The notes under the pieces are model-generated. The model searched no databases, was not told the DNA's origin, and worked only from the letters and a program-made list of their open reading frames with translations. 64,000 nt of DNA, from IMG/VR virus record IMGVR_UViG_3300031994_000004; one strand, given 5' to 3'. This stretch comes from a virus (Duplodnaviria; Caudoviricetes). Below are positions 10,857 to 20,343 of the stretch, piece by piece. The first letter of the stretch is position 1, and each line of letters begins with the position of its first letter. The position numbers and the translations under genes are program-made.

Positions 10857-11627
10857 ATGAAAACAAAATTAACCGAAGTTGTATTATTGACAAAATCTTA
10901 TAATCTACAGGATTTCAAAGATTGGCTACATTGGCATTTAGATGTTATTGGTTTTGATTGTTGCCATATTTTTGATAATGAAAGTTCAGTAGACATTAAG
11001 AGTGTTTGCGATTCTTATGATGATAGAGTCACTTATGAACTTGTGAAAGGGTGGCCGAATCAATATTTGCTTTATAATAGATACATCAATAATGAAAGTC
11101 CTGCGTGGTGGGTATTACCTATTGACGATGACGAATATTTATGGATGAAAAATTTTAATAAAGTAAATGATATGATTTTGTTTTATCAGGATAAATGGAA
11201 AGATATGACAAAACTCAGCATTCGTTGGCAAAATATGTTTCCAAAAGACCCATTAGCTGAAAGAGGTAATAAATCTTTAATGGAATTTAATACTGAAGTA
11301 AATGAGAAGTGGGCTAATTTATTTGATGGCGGAAATAAACCAGTTAAGACATTTGTTTGTACAAAATATAAAGTAAATCATAGTATAGAATTAGGGAATC
11401 AAACACATAATCCAATAACAAATGGTTCTAAATCTTATATGTGTAATGGAGATAGACTTGAAGGAAATTGGTATTATGGTTCTAATGACGATGATATTAA
11501 ATTATTACATTTCCAATTTAAATCAAATAAAGAATGGAATGATAAAATAAATAATAGCATTGAGGCTGGAACAGGTAATTCATATAAAAGATATTTAGCA
11601 AGGAATGTAATTAAAGGAATGGTATAA
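10857..11627 (+). CDS. GT-A glycosyltransferase (GT2/GT92-like)
   Basis: WLHWH..IGFD..IFDNES, WVLPIDDDEYL (DxD), LLHF. Confidence 0.8.
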   Translation: MKTKLTEVVLLTKSYNLQDFKDWLHWHLDVIGFDCCHIFDNESSVDIKSVCDSYDDRVTYELVKGWPNQYLLYNRYINNESPAWWVLPIDDDEYLWMKNFNKVNDMILFYQDKWKDMTKLSIRWQNMFPKDPLAERGNKSLMEFNTEVNEKWANLFDGGNKPVKTFVCTKYKVNHSIELGNQTHNPITNGSKSYMCNGDRLEGNWYYGSNDDDIKLLHFQFKSNKEWNDKINNSIEAGTGNSYKRYLARNVIKGMV

Positions 11628-12343
11628 TGAAGTATTTTATTGTGCATTATAATACACCAGAATTAACAACTGCATTATGTTCATCAGTAATTAAAAATGA
11701 TAATGATGCTGAAATTTATATTTTTGAAAATTCAGATAAAAGAAAATTTGAAAATGTTTTTCAAAATGTAAAAGTTTTAGATAATTCTAAACACGAAATT
11801 ATAGAATATGAAAAAATTTATGATGATGCAGCAAAGTATTTTACTCAATGGGAAAAAGATATACATTATGGTAGAAAAACTTGGGGAACATTACAACATA
11901 CAAGAGCTGTTCAATGGTTTATAGATACTTTTAATGAAGAATTTATATTGCTGGATTCTGATGTATTAGTAAAAAAACCATTAAATGATATTATAGATAA
12001 TTCCAAATGTGCTTCTTGTGAATTATATTTTAAAGATGGAAAATTAGTTAGAGCTTTGCCATTTTTAATTTATTTTAACCCTAAAAAATTAAAAGAAATT
12101 GGACTTAATTTCTTTGATATATCAAGAATAAATGCTTGTAAAATTGAACACGATACTGGTGGTTCTTTTGGAATAGATATTCTTAAAAATAATATAGATT
12201 ATAAACATATCAATGTAACAGATTATGTTGTTCATTTTGGAAATGGTAGTTTTAGAGGAAATAATTTAACAGCAAATTTACCAAATACAGAATATGGAAC
12301 ATATAAAGATTTTTTAATGCGATATAAAAATCTATGGAAATAA
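11627..12343 (+). CDS. GT-A glycosyltransferase-like protein
   Basis: IVHYNT, IFENSD, LLDSDV (DxD), DTG, HF.xGS. Confidence 0.65.
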   Translation: MKYFIVHYNTPELTTALCSSVIKNDNDAEIYIFENSDKRKFENVFQNVKVLDNSKHEIIEYEKIYDDAAKYFTQWEKDIHYGRKTWGTLQHTRAVQWFIDTFNEEFILLDSDVLVKKPLNDIIDNSKCASCELYFKDGKLVRALPFLIYFNPKKLKEIGLNFFDISRINACKIEHDTGGSFGIDILKNNIDYKHINVTDYVVHFGNGSFRGNNLTANLPNTEYGTYKDFLMRYKNLWK

Positions 12344-12349
12344 AGAAAT

Positions 12350-12372
12350 ACCGGTTAATTTCCGGTCTTTTT
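12350..12372. terminator. Intrinsic terminator, probably bidirectional
   Basis: ACCGG-ttaattt-CCGGT followed by CTTTTT; lies between convergent ORFs. Confidence 0.65.
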
Positions 12373-12433
12373 AGTTATTGTATTTCTTGCCGAAACTAGG
12401 GTAATTTTCTGCTGTATATTCTTCGTGTTCCAT
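12371..12433 (-). CDS. Candidate 20-aa late peptide MEHEEYTAENYPSFGKKYNN
   Basis: Minus-strand ATAAATA (12447-12441) 7 nt before the ATG; stop abuts the terminator. Confidence 0.4.
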   Translation of the reverse strand: MEHEEYTAENYPSFGKKYNN

Positions 12434-12446
12434 ATCATTGTATTTA

Positions 12447-12512
12447 TGTAAACAAAATTTTACACAATTTTACGCAGTTCCTATTGACAGAACTGCGTTT
12501 TTTAACTATATT
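12447..12512 (+). promoter_or_regulatory. Early promoter with palindromic box and terminator hairpin
   Basis: TGTAAA-N6-TTTACA 12447-12464; TTGACA 12484; TATATT 12507; hairpin ACGCAGTTC/GAACTGCGT. Confidence 0.85.
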
Positions 12513-12542
12513 TACTTATGTAAAAGAAAGAGGTTAACAACT

Positions 12543-12800
12543 ATGAAGAAAATTATTTTTGCTATGATTTCCGCAACAATGTTTATTGCTTGTGCTGACA
12601 ATGGTGTGTCTTCTCCTAGCGAAATTTGCTATGACAAGAAACTAACTTACAAAGATGTTATTTCCCCGATGTATAGTCAATATGCCGACGAATGGAAAGA
12701 AGGCGCTTGTGTGGCTAAAATTGGTTCTGATTGTGCTGAGTGGGATGCTAATTACACTATCACGGTTCGTGAATGTGCTGAAAATGTTGAATTTCATTAA
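12543..12800 (+). CDS. Small lipoprotein
   Basis: MKKIIFAMISATMFIAC signal with lipobox-like FIAC; SD GAGGT. Confidence 0.7.
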   Translation: MKKIIFAMISATMFIACADNGVSSPSEICYDKKLTYKDVISPMYSQYADEWKEGACVAKIGSDCAEWDANYTITVRECAENVEFH

Positions 12801-12812
12801 GGAGAACTAACA

Positions 12813-13061
12813 ATGCCTATCATTTTCCCATTTACCCAGACCGGTACTGTAATCACAACGGCAGTATTTTTTGTTCTTCTAATTTTCTGTGGTTTAACTG
12901 GAGTTTATTTGGATAGCGAAAAAGACAAGAAACACCGCGTGTTGAGGTTTTCTGTAATCTTTGCTGCGCTGGTAATGATTTATTGTGAATACTGCGCAGT
13001 AAACATTGGTTTCACTCTCAACCCACCGAAGAACGCAACATTTAAATGTGTGGAAAAGTAA
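12813..13061 (+). CDS. Small membrane protein (2 TM)
   Basis: Two hydrophobic stretches; SD AAGGAG. Confidence 0.65.
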   Translation: MPIIFPFTQTGTVITTAVFFVLLIFCGLTGVYLDSEKDKKHRVLRFSVIFAALVMIYCEYCAVNIGFTLNPPKNATFKCVEK

Positions 13062-13390
13062 TGGAAAGAACTGAATACAACGCAATTTGCAAATCCCGTG
13101 GATATATGGGTTTAACTGACGAAGATAATACCTATATGAAGGGAGATGCCGTTGTTTGCGAGTACTTTGACGGCACTGCCACGGTTTATCCGCATTGTGT
13201 GATTGGTTCATCTAATAAAACTGGGTCAGAGTACGTCGCTACTATATCCTTAAACGAGATTGTAGCAACCACCACGGAACGATTCATTGAAGCGCTGAAC
13301 AAATTTGATATGAAATACAAAGAAGCTCTTCAGCTCATTCGTGAAAATAAGTTGGAAGAAGATTTTGAAGAAGATGACAATGATATGTAA
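13061..13390 (+). CDS. Hypothetical protein with near-terminal KLEEDF motif
   Basis: TAATG start; ends ...ENKLEEDFEEDDNDM. Confidence 0.65.
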   Translation: MERTEYNAICKSRGYMGLTDEDNTYMKGDAVVCEYFDGTATVYPHCVIGSSNKTGSEYVATISLNEIVATTTERFIEALNKFDMKYKEALQLIRENKLEEDFEEDDNDM

Positions 13391-13451
13391 ACATTATTTT
13401 ACATAATTATTTAATTTTTTCATTGACAAACTTCAATTTATTTTCTATATT
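13386..13451 (+). promoter_or_regulatory. Early promoter with palindromic box
   Basis: TGTAAA-N6-TTTACA 13386-13403; TTGACA 13423; TATATT 13446. Confidence 0.85.
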
Positions 13452-13479
13452 ATTTTCAAACAACGAAAGAGGTAACAAT

Positions 13480-14989
13480 ATGGCAAACGAAATTGAAAAT
13501 TCAATGAACGAAATTGAAAAAATGAGAGCAATAACGAGAATGAACCAGTACAAGAAGTCTACGATGACTGTCCAGGAATTGTATGACAAGTTGGGCGAAT
13601 TCATTAAGAACGGTGATGGCGATGCTATGATTGACGTTGACGATAACTGTGGTGGCTCTTATGCGATGTCCAAAACAATGAACATTTTTGTTTCTCACAC
13701 TAACGAAGATACGCACGGCAAATGGTGCTTCTTCTCGGAGTACTAATATGACAATTAAAGTTTATTCTATTGTTTCTGTTTTCCAGGGCGAAGGTTCCAT
13801 TACTGAACAGGGAACTGACCGAGCAAAGATTAGAGCCAAGTTCAAAGAACAGGTTGAAGATGGTTATTACTATGAAGATTATTCCGAAAATAAAGATGAA
13901 TACTATGGTGATAACTGCCACATCTCGTTTGTAGAAAAGGAGATTGAGGTATAAAATGACCTTTTCCGAAGCATACAAATACCTGGAAGAAAATGGTTGT
14001 ACATTTGAATTTGATGACCCGAGTTTATTCAAATTTAGTACAGTTCATGTTCTGTGGAAGGATGAAGAAATCGGAACTTTGGATAGTTACAATATGACAT
14101 TCACAGTTGATGGTTGGTGTCATCAGTTTAACTACAAATCTATGTGGTATGCTGGACAGAAATCGTTTACTGATTTTATGGAACAAAACTTTTTCAACAA
14201 GAGGTAATAAAAATGTGGATTCTCATTATGACATTAGCATTTTCTAATATGCAGTCAGTTTATAAGGGTGGTGCTGGTTTTGGTGGCGCTGCCGTTGCTA
14301 CTGCCGAATTTAGTACTGAGGGTAAATGTAAAGCTGCTGGTAATCGTTGGGAACTTAGCATTTCAACTTATAAACACGAAATCAAAGACGCTGCCAAGTG
14401 GGTTTGTGTTAAAAAGTAAGGAGTTAAACAATGGACGAATTTTCCGATAAAGAAGTAAAAATGACCCAGCGTGAACTGACATTCATTAAAGCTGCTCAAT
14501 ATGATAAGGGTTGGCGAATGGGTTTGTTTGTTGGTGGAATGTTGGTAGCAGTTACTAATGTTGCGGCTCTCCTGTTCACAAAGTTGGTATAATATGTGTT
14601 ATATTTTGTTTGTATTGTTTCCTGCCGTTTCTGCTGGCACAATAGCATACCTTGATTACAATGGAATTTTACACTCTTAACTTGGAGATTAAAAAATGAA
14701 AGAAGCATTGAAAATAACAAAGAAACATTTTATTGAATCTTTTGAAGAATTTTTTGAATCTATTAGAAAGATTTTTACAACTCCAAATCTGATTGAAAGA
14801 TTTTGTGTATGGGTTATGGTAATTTTCACTGTTGCTTTTGGTACAGCTGCACTTGTAATTCCAATTTTACTTCATACAAATCATGATGTAAGCGGATTTG
14901 TTTTTCTTTCGTTAATTGTAACAGTTCCTATTGAAGTGGTTCTAATAGGTTCTTCAGCAAATTGGATTGTAAAAGTTTATCAGGAGTAA
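13480..14989 (+). CDS. Small early hypothetical proteins (13480-13746, 13748-13954, 13956-14207, 14213-14419, 14431-14592, 14696-14989)
   Basis: Most have SD sequences; 14431-14592 is a 53-aa TM peptide below the ORF-track cutoff; 14696-14989 has 2 TM segments. Confidence 0.65.
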
Positions 14990-14994
14990 AACTT

Positions 14995-15537
14995 ATGATT
15001 AACATTTTAGATGAACTTGTTCGTGTTGGTGCTTTCAAATCAAAGGGCGAAGCACGAATGATGATTAAGAACGGTGGTGTTTCTGTAATTAGAGCATTCC
15101 ACGAAAACGCAGTCCCACCTTGTTTTAAGGACAAGACTGTAGATTCCGATATGGAATTTCTCACAGTTTCAGACGAAGATTTTATGCTTGAAACAAAGCT
15201 CGGAATTTCTCGTAAGGAAGATAAGGCAAAGATTTTCTCGCTCAGCAACATTGGTTTCTATGACGGTTTTTCTATGCTAGCAGATGGTACTTTGTTCCCA
15301 GTTCGCATTTGGGATAATCACGGTTGGGATCCGACACTTGCTCGTTTTCGTGAAAACCTCATTTACGGAACTGGAAAGGGAATCCGATTTGACTGTGGTT
15401 GGATAATGACCTGGGATTTGGAAAAGTTCGGAAAGAACCCGTGGCTCATTAACGAAAAGACAGAATTGGAAACTGAACTGAAGAATGGCGATGTTATCAA
15501 GATTGGTAAGAAGCGCACTATCGTAATAGGTGAATAA
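14995..15537 (+). CDS. Stand-alone S4-like RNA-binding domain (TyrRS C-terminal type) with a large insertion
   Basis: N-terminal LVRVGAFKSKGEARMMIKNGGVSV and C-terminal GDVIKIGKKR; SD AGGAG. Confidence 0.65.
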   Translation: MINILDELVRVGAFKSKGEARMMIKNGGVSVIRAFHENAVPPCFKDKTVDSDMEFLTVSDEDFMLETKLGISRKEDKAKIFSLSNIGFYDGFSMLADGTLFPVRIWDNHGWDPTLARFRENLIYGTGKGIRFDCGWIMTWDLEKFGKNPWLINEKTELETELKNGDVIKIGKKRTIVIGE

Positions 15538-16264
15538 ATGGCATTTATTACTTATCACAAATGGGCTGAACTGAATGGTTATGTTCGTAATGATAACTGG
15601 CTTGACCTACCTGATGCCAAAAAGATGATGCGACGTAGAGATAAACTGATATTCAAAGAGATGGAAAAAGGACTGACACCGGAAGAAGAGAAAGAATGCG
15701 CTTCGTTTGACGATTATTGGATGCATGCTTTTGAATATGGACTAGAAACAGTTGACGAAGTAGTGAAATTTAGAGTAAACTATTTTATGGAAGTCGCTGG
15801 AGATAGTTTAGACTCAAAACATAAACTACAAATGAGAAACAGTTTTGAAGCAGAAGTTCGTATGAAATATGCTGAACTGGATGATTATATAACAAAGAAA
15901 AACTGGAAAGTAAAATAAAGGAGATAAATATGTTAATTCATTTTATAGCATCTGACACAGGCAAAGAATATACAGTTGATTGGTATAACGCAGTAGTTAC
16001 GCCGTATGGTGTAGATAAAGAAATCTTTATGGCAGATTTTGTTCCAAATGTTAAATGTAGATGGGGTACACCTTCTAAAGTTAAATATGATAGAACAACT
16101 AATGAATTAACGGTTGATGAATATACTGAAAAAATACTAGAAAACTTAATGAAAGTTTATATAGAAGAAGGTTATAAACAACTTTAAATTACGGAGATAA
16201 AACTATGGGTGGACTTTTATTAGGCATTTTCATTGGCTATCTAATTTGGGGAAATCACGGTTAA
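15538..16264 (+). CDS. Hypothetical proteins 15538-15918 and 15930-16187, plus a 19-aa hydrophobic peptide 16205-16264
   Basis: Consecutive ORFs; peptide MGGLLLGIFIGYLIWGNHG follows a GGAG. Confidence 0.55.
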
Positions 16265-16329
16265 GTAAACAATTTTTTACATAAAATTGAGTTAAAGTTC
16301 TTGACAAGGTCAGGAACTTTTTCTATATT
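16264..16329 (+). promoter_or_regulatory. Early promoter with palindromic box and terminator hairpin
   Basis: AGTAAA-N6-TTTACA 16264-16281; TTGACA 16301; TATATT 16324; hairpin 16294-16320. Confidence 0.85.
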
Positions 16330-16359
16330 ATACTTAGAAATTAAACAAGAGGTAACAAA

Positions 16360-19010
16360 ATGACACTAACAAAATTCAATGAAATTGTAAATGACCTTCG
16401 CAACATCTTGGGTAAGCAGGGCTCTCTCGCTGTTACTCCAGATGGAACAGACGAAATTATTATCCATTTAAATGACGATGAAGATATGTTCGTTTGCCGT
16501 TTTATATTTAAGACTACTCTGCTTATGCGAAATGGAAATGTAGAGTTTATTGTTACATTTATTGAATCTGACTATGAACGGCAGCATTGCGAAGCATCTG
16601 AAAAGAAAATTGCAAAAATGATTGTAAAACAATTTGAACAGGAGAATTAAAAATGACTTCACAATTTTTCTATTTGCCCGCAACACAGAAGGTTGAAGAA
16701 GAAGTGCGAATCAAGTTCACACAGGAACGAATCAAGCTTGTGAAGGATTGGCTCCAGGATAAGGTTGTGAACAAGTTCACTGAAAACGATTTTGATTGCT
16801 GTTCTTATTTGCCTGATTTTGGTGCCCGCCGTAGGGTTGTTAATACCAAAATCGTGACTGACAAGGATTGTAACATTACAAAGCAGTATAAGATTGACAC
16901 AAATTATTTCACTCAGGTAACTGATGAATTTTGTGCGAACAATCGTTGTAAGATTGACAAGATGGATTTCACCTACTTGCTCATGCTCACATTTAGGGAC
17001 AATGGAATTTCTGTTAGTCCTGTGCTTGGAACTCTCGCATTTGAACTGGGGGTATAAATGAAGAAGTGGTGGAAGAATTTTATTGACTCAGACGCAAGCA
17101 CTACTGTGTTTATCGTTTTGGTGTTTGTTGTGACGTTCGCAGTTCTGTATTTCGGTATGAGTTACGGAAACGGAAATACTGAAAATGCGAATGGCGAAAA
17201 GGTCCACTATTCACATCCAATTAAAGACCGCGCTCACGGTGGTTTTGGTTATGGATTTGGCTACAGTCCACGAACTCATCGTTTCGGCTATGGATTTGGA
17301 ACTGGAACAATTAACTTTCATTAAGGAGTATAACAAATGAAACCTGTAACTTCTGCTCTCCATAATTGGATGTCTGCTCTCTTTGTTCATCCGTTATTTC
17401 GTGGCGCTTCTTTCTTTCACTGTCCTGATGGTGTTGGCAGTACTCATTACAATATGTACATTATTGGAATGACCAGTGTTCCTGACCATCGTTTCAAAGG
17501 ACAGAAGAATATTCTCAAGATTGGATGTTACAATACAAATTCAAATCACATTGAAGTACGAGTTGAAATTGAACAACCAGATGCGATTTTCCAAACTGGT
17601 GAAGATAATGTAGAGTATTATACAAATTTGAAGCTCAAGGACATCATTGAGTTTGTGAAAATTTATAAGACGAATTTTGAATCCAGTTGGAAACGTATGA
17701 TGAATCCGTTTGTTATCTATTTCGTAAAACCACAGGAAGAAGTAAAAGATTATATATCACGAAACGAGGCCGATTATCTCAATTACAAAAATATGGTAAA
17801 AACTTGTTTTGATTTTTTGAACAAACGAGAACAGTTGAATATCCGAATGAAGTCAAAGGAGAGTGATTTCTAATGAGTAAGAAGAAACAAATAACTGAAG
17901 ACGAATTCAAATTTGTTATGACAAAGCATAAGGATTTGATTCTGTACTTCACTAGCGAAGAAGAATTAAAATATGAACAAGATACTTATGGTTTTTCAAT
18001 AAACATCTGGAACGATGATTTGTATGGCGATACTTGGGTATCGCTAAAAGATGGTTTTGCGACAGTTCTAGTTTACGATGGTCATTATAACTATTACATA
18101 CCTAAAGAAGGTTTTGAAACTTGGCAAGAATTGGACAGATGGATGTCTGACGGATTTATCAAGGACCATTTGTATGATATGAATTGTGCGAGTAAAGCAC
18201 TTAAGAAACAGTATCTCGGTGATGAAGATTTTAACTATGACCCGTGGAGTAAGAAATAATGTTTAAGATAATTTTCGTTCTAGTAATCAACGCCTATCAC
18301 GGTGGAATGACAACAATAGATTTTACAACTCTTCAACAGTGCGAAACTGCTAGAGAAAAAGTCCAAGCGGCTGCAGCGAGGGGTGCCCGTATTGGTGCAG
18401 TTTGTATTGAAAAGCAAGTTCCACTGAAGAAAACAAAGTGTAAGATAATTAACGATTTCAGTTACAGAAATACAACTTATGAAACTTTAACCGGTTATCC
18501 GTATCCAGTAGCACTTGAATGTGTGGAGGAATAATGAAGAAACTGTTAAACTTTATTATCTTTGTGTACCTCTGTATGCCAATAAGAATAGTATGTTACT
18601 TTGTTTGTGCTTTTCTTGGTTGGCAAGGTTGGAATGAACCATTCTGGGGAAAACTTATTGAATGGTTAAAAGATGAATTTGAAGTTTTGTTACATCCAAT
18701 TAAAACATATAAAAGTATGAAATAAAAGGAATATAAAATGATTAAAGCAAGTGAACTCAGACAAAAGTATTTTGCCGATGACAGTTTCAATGATTCAACA
18801 TTTGAACAGTTAAAAACATTATGCGAAAAGAGTATAATTGCTGCTGCCGAAAAAGGAGAAGATAGTGTAACAATAAACATACCAACAATGTATAAAAAGC
18901 GAATTGCTGGATGGCTGGAAGATAACGAATACACAGTTTTTGGTGTTAATTCCGAATCAGATGAAATGTACATTTTTTGGTCTGAAGATTTAGTTGAGCA
19001 GATGGTTTAA
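16360..19010 (+). CDS. Early hypothetical proteins (16360-16650, 16653-17057, 17058-17324 TM with GFGY repeats, 17337-17873 DF-tail, 17873-18259, 18259-18534, 18534-18725, 18738-19010)
   Basis: Coupled + strand ORFs downstream of the promoter. Confidence 0.7.
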
Positions 19011-19109
19011 TGTAAAATAAAAGTTACAAAACATTTGGAAGATGTAAATTTATATTTACATCTTTTTTCGTTTTTTTCTATTGACAAACTGCATAAATTA
19101 TTCTATATT
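19011..19109 (+). promoter_or_regulatory. Early promoter with two palindromic boxes
   Basis: Boxes 19011-19028 (one mismatch) and 19043-19060; TTGACA 19081; TATATT 19104. Confidence 0.85.
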
Positions 19110-19141
19110 ATTAGTGTAAACAAAACAAGAGGTAACAAACT

Positions 19142-19345
19142 ATGCCAAAGACTGTCCCTGAAATGCTTGACGAACTCCGCAACACTCACACAAAGCTTGA
19201 AACTGAACTACGTGATGCTTTGGTGGATTTCCAAAATTACGGTGTAGCTGAAGCAGCCACTCTCGCCAAAAAGCTCCGTAAGTTGGCAACTGAAATGGAA
19301 AATTTTGACAAGGCATATATTGAATGCTTGGAGGCAAATGGCTAA
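19142..19345 (+). CDS. Small helical hypothetical protein
   Basis: SD GAGGT; first gene after the promoter. Confidence 0.7.
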   Translation: MPKTVPEMLDELRNTHTKLETELRDALVDFQNYGVAEAATLAKKLRKLATEMENFDKAYIECLEANG

Positions 19346-19872
19346 TGTACGAAGCACTCTTTCAAAGAATTAAATCAACGGATTTTCCGCTCCAGTGCCG
19401 CGGAATGTATTACTTCTCAAAGGGCCGACACGCACATCAGGAACGAAAGGGTTCTGGCACTCCGTATTTCGTTCATCCACGTGGTGTTGCTCTAATTGTG
19501 ATGGAACACGGTGGCACGATTGACCAGATTAATGCTGCTCTCGCACACGATTTGCTGGAAGACACTGAAACCAGTTTCTTGGAAATCAAAGCAGTCGCAA
19601 ATTCTACTCATTGTGCGGAACTGTGTGCTGAATTGAGAAACAACAAATTTGGGATTGCTGAAAAGGGCAAGGAAGATTATATGACTGAAAAGCTTCTCAA
19701 GATGTCCAATGACGCACTCCTGATTAAGCTGGCGGATATGGTCTATAATTCTTGGGATAAGCCCGCAGAAAAGGCCCTGAACAGAATGTACAAAAATGTT
19801 TGTGAACTTCTGTTGAAGCGTAATCTCTCACCCACCTGTAAAGAACTTGCGGAACTTGTAATTCTCGCATAA
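19345..19872 (+). CDS. HD-domain hydrolase (RelA/SpoT hydrolase, Mesh1-like)
   Basis: HxxQxRKGSGxPYxxHP, AALAHDLLEDT, IKLAD. Confidence 0.85.
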   Translation: MYEALFQRIKSTDFPLQCRGMYYFSKGRHAHQERKGSGTPYFVHPRGVALIVMEHGGTIDQINAALAHDLLEDTETSFLEIKAVANSTHCAELCAELRNNKFGIAEKGKEDYMTEKLLKMSNDALLIKLADMVYNSWDKPAEKALNRMYKNVCELLLKRNLSPTCKELAELVILA

Positions 19873-19885
19873 AAGGAGTAACAAA

Positions 19886-20343
19886 ATGCAAATTGTAAAA
19901 ACTTTCGGACAGTCTCTCTATGTACCAAAGACCGGTACTCGCAAGCTTGTCAATAAGACAGTTGTGATTGGTATTTATCCGACCTTGACGAATGACCAGT
20001 TGGTTGCTATCGTTAAGGAATACGAAAAGAACCATGAACCAGGTAATTATTACTTTGTTTATGACGAAACAAAGCGAGATGTTGTTTATCGTCAAGGAGA
20101 CTAATTATGCTTGGTGTCTGGTTGGGTAATACACGATTAGCAAAGGAACATCCTGAAGAGTTTCTAAAGATTGGAATTAAGCTTACTATCTGTATGGGGA
20201 TTTTGTTCACCATTGTTGCCCTGACGCAAGATTTTGCTAGGGATTGTTTGCGTGATTTCATTGAATGGACTTGCTCATTTAATGGAACATTGGATGTTGA
20301 AGCACTTTGGGAACAAATTAAAAACTCTATTGGAATGAAGTAA
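19886..20343 (+). CDS. Two hypothetical proteins (19886-20104; 20107-20343, TM)
   Basis: SD AAGGAG before each. Confidence 0.65.

Noticed and set aside
19142-19345. Possible Hc1 histone-like protein
   Set aside because: Only a vague helical resemblance; not supportable by eye.
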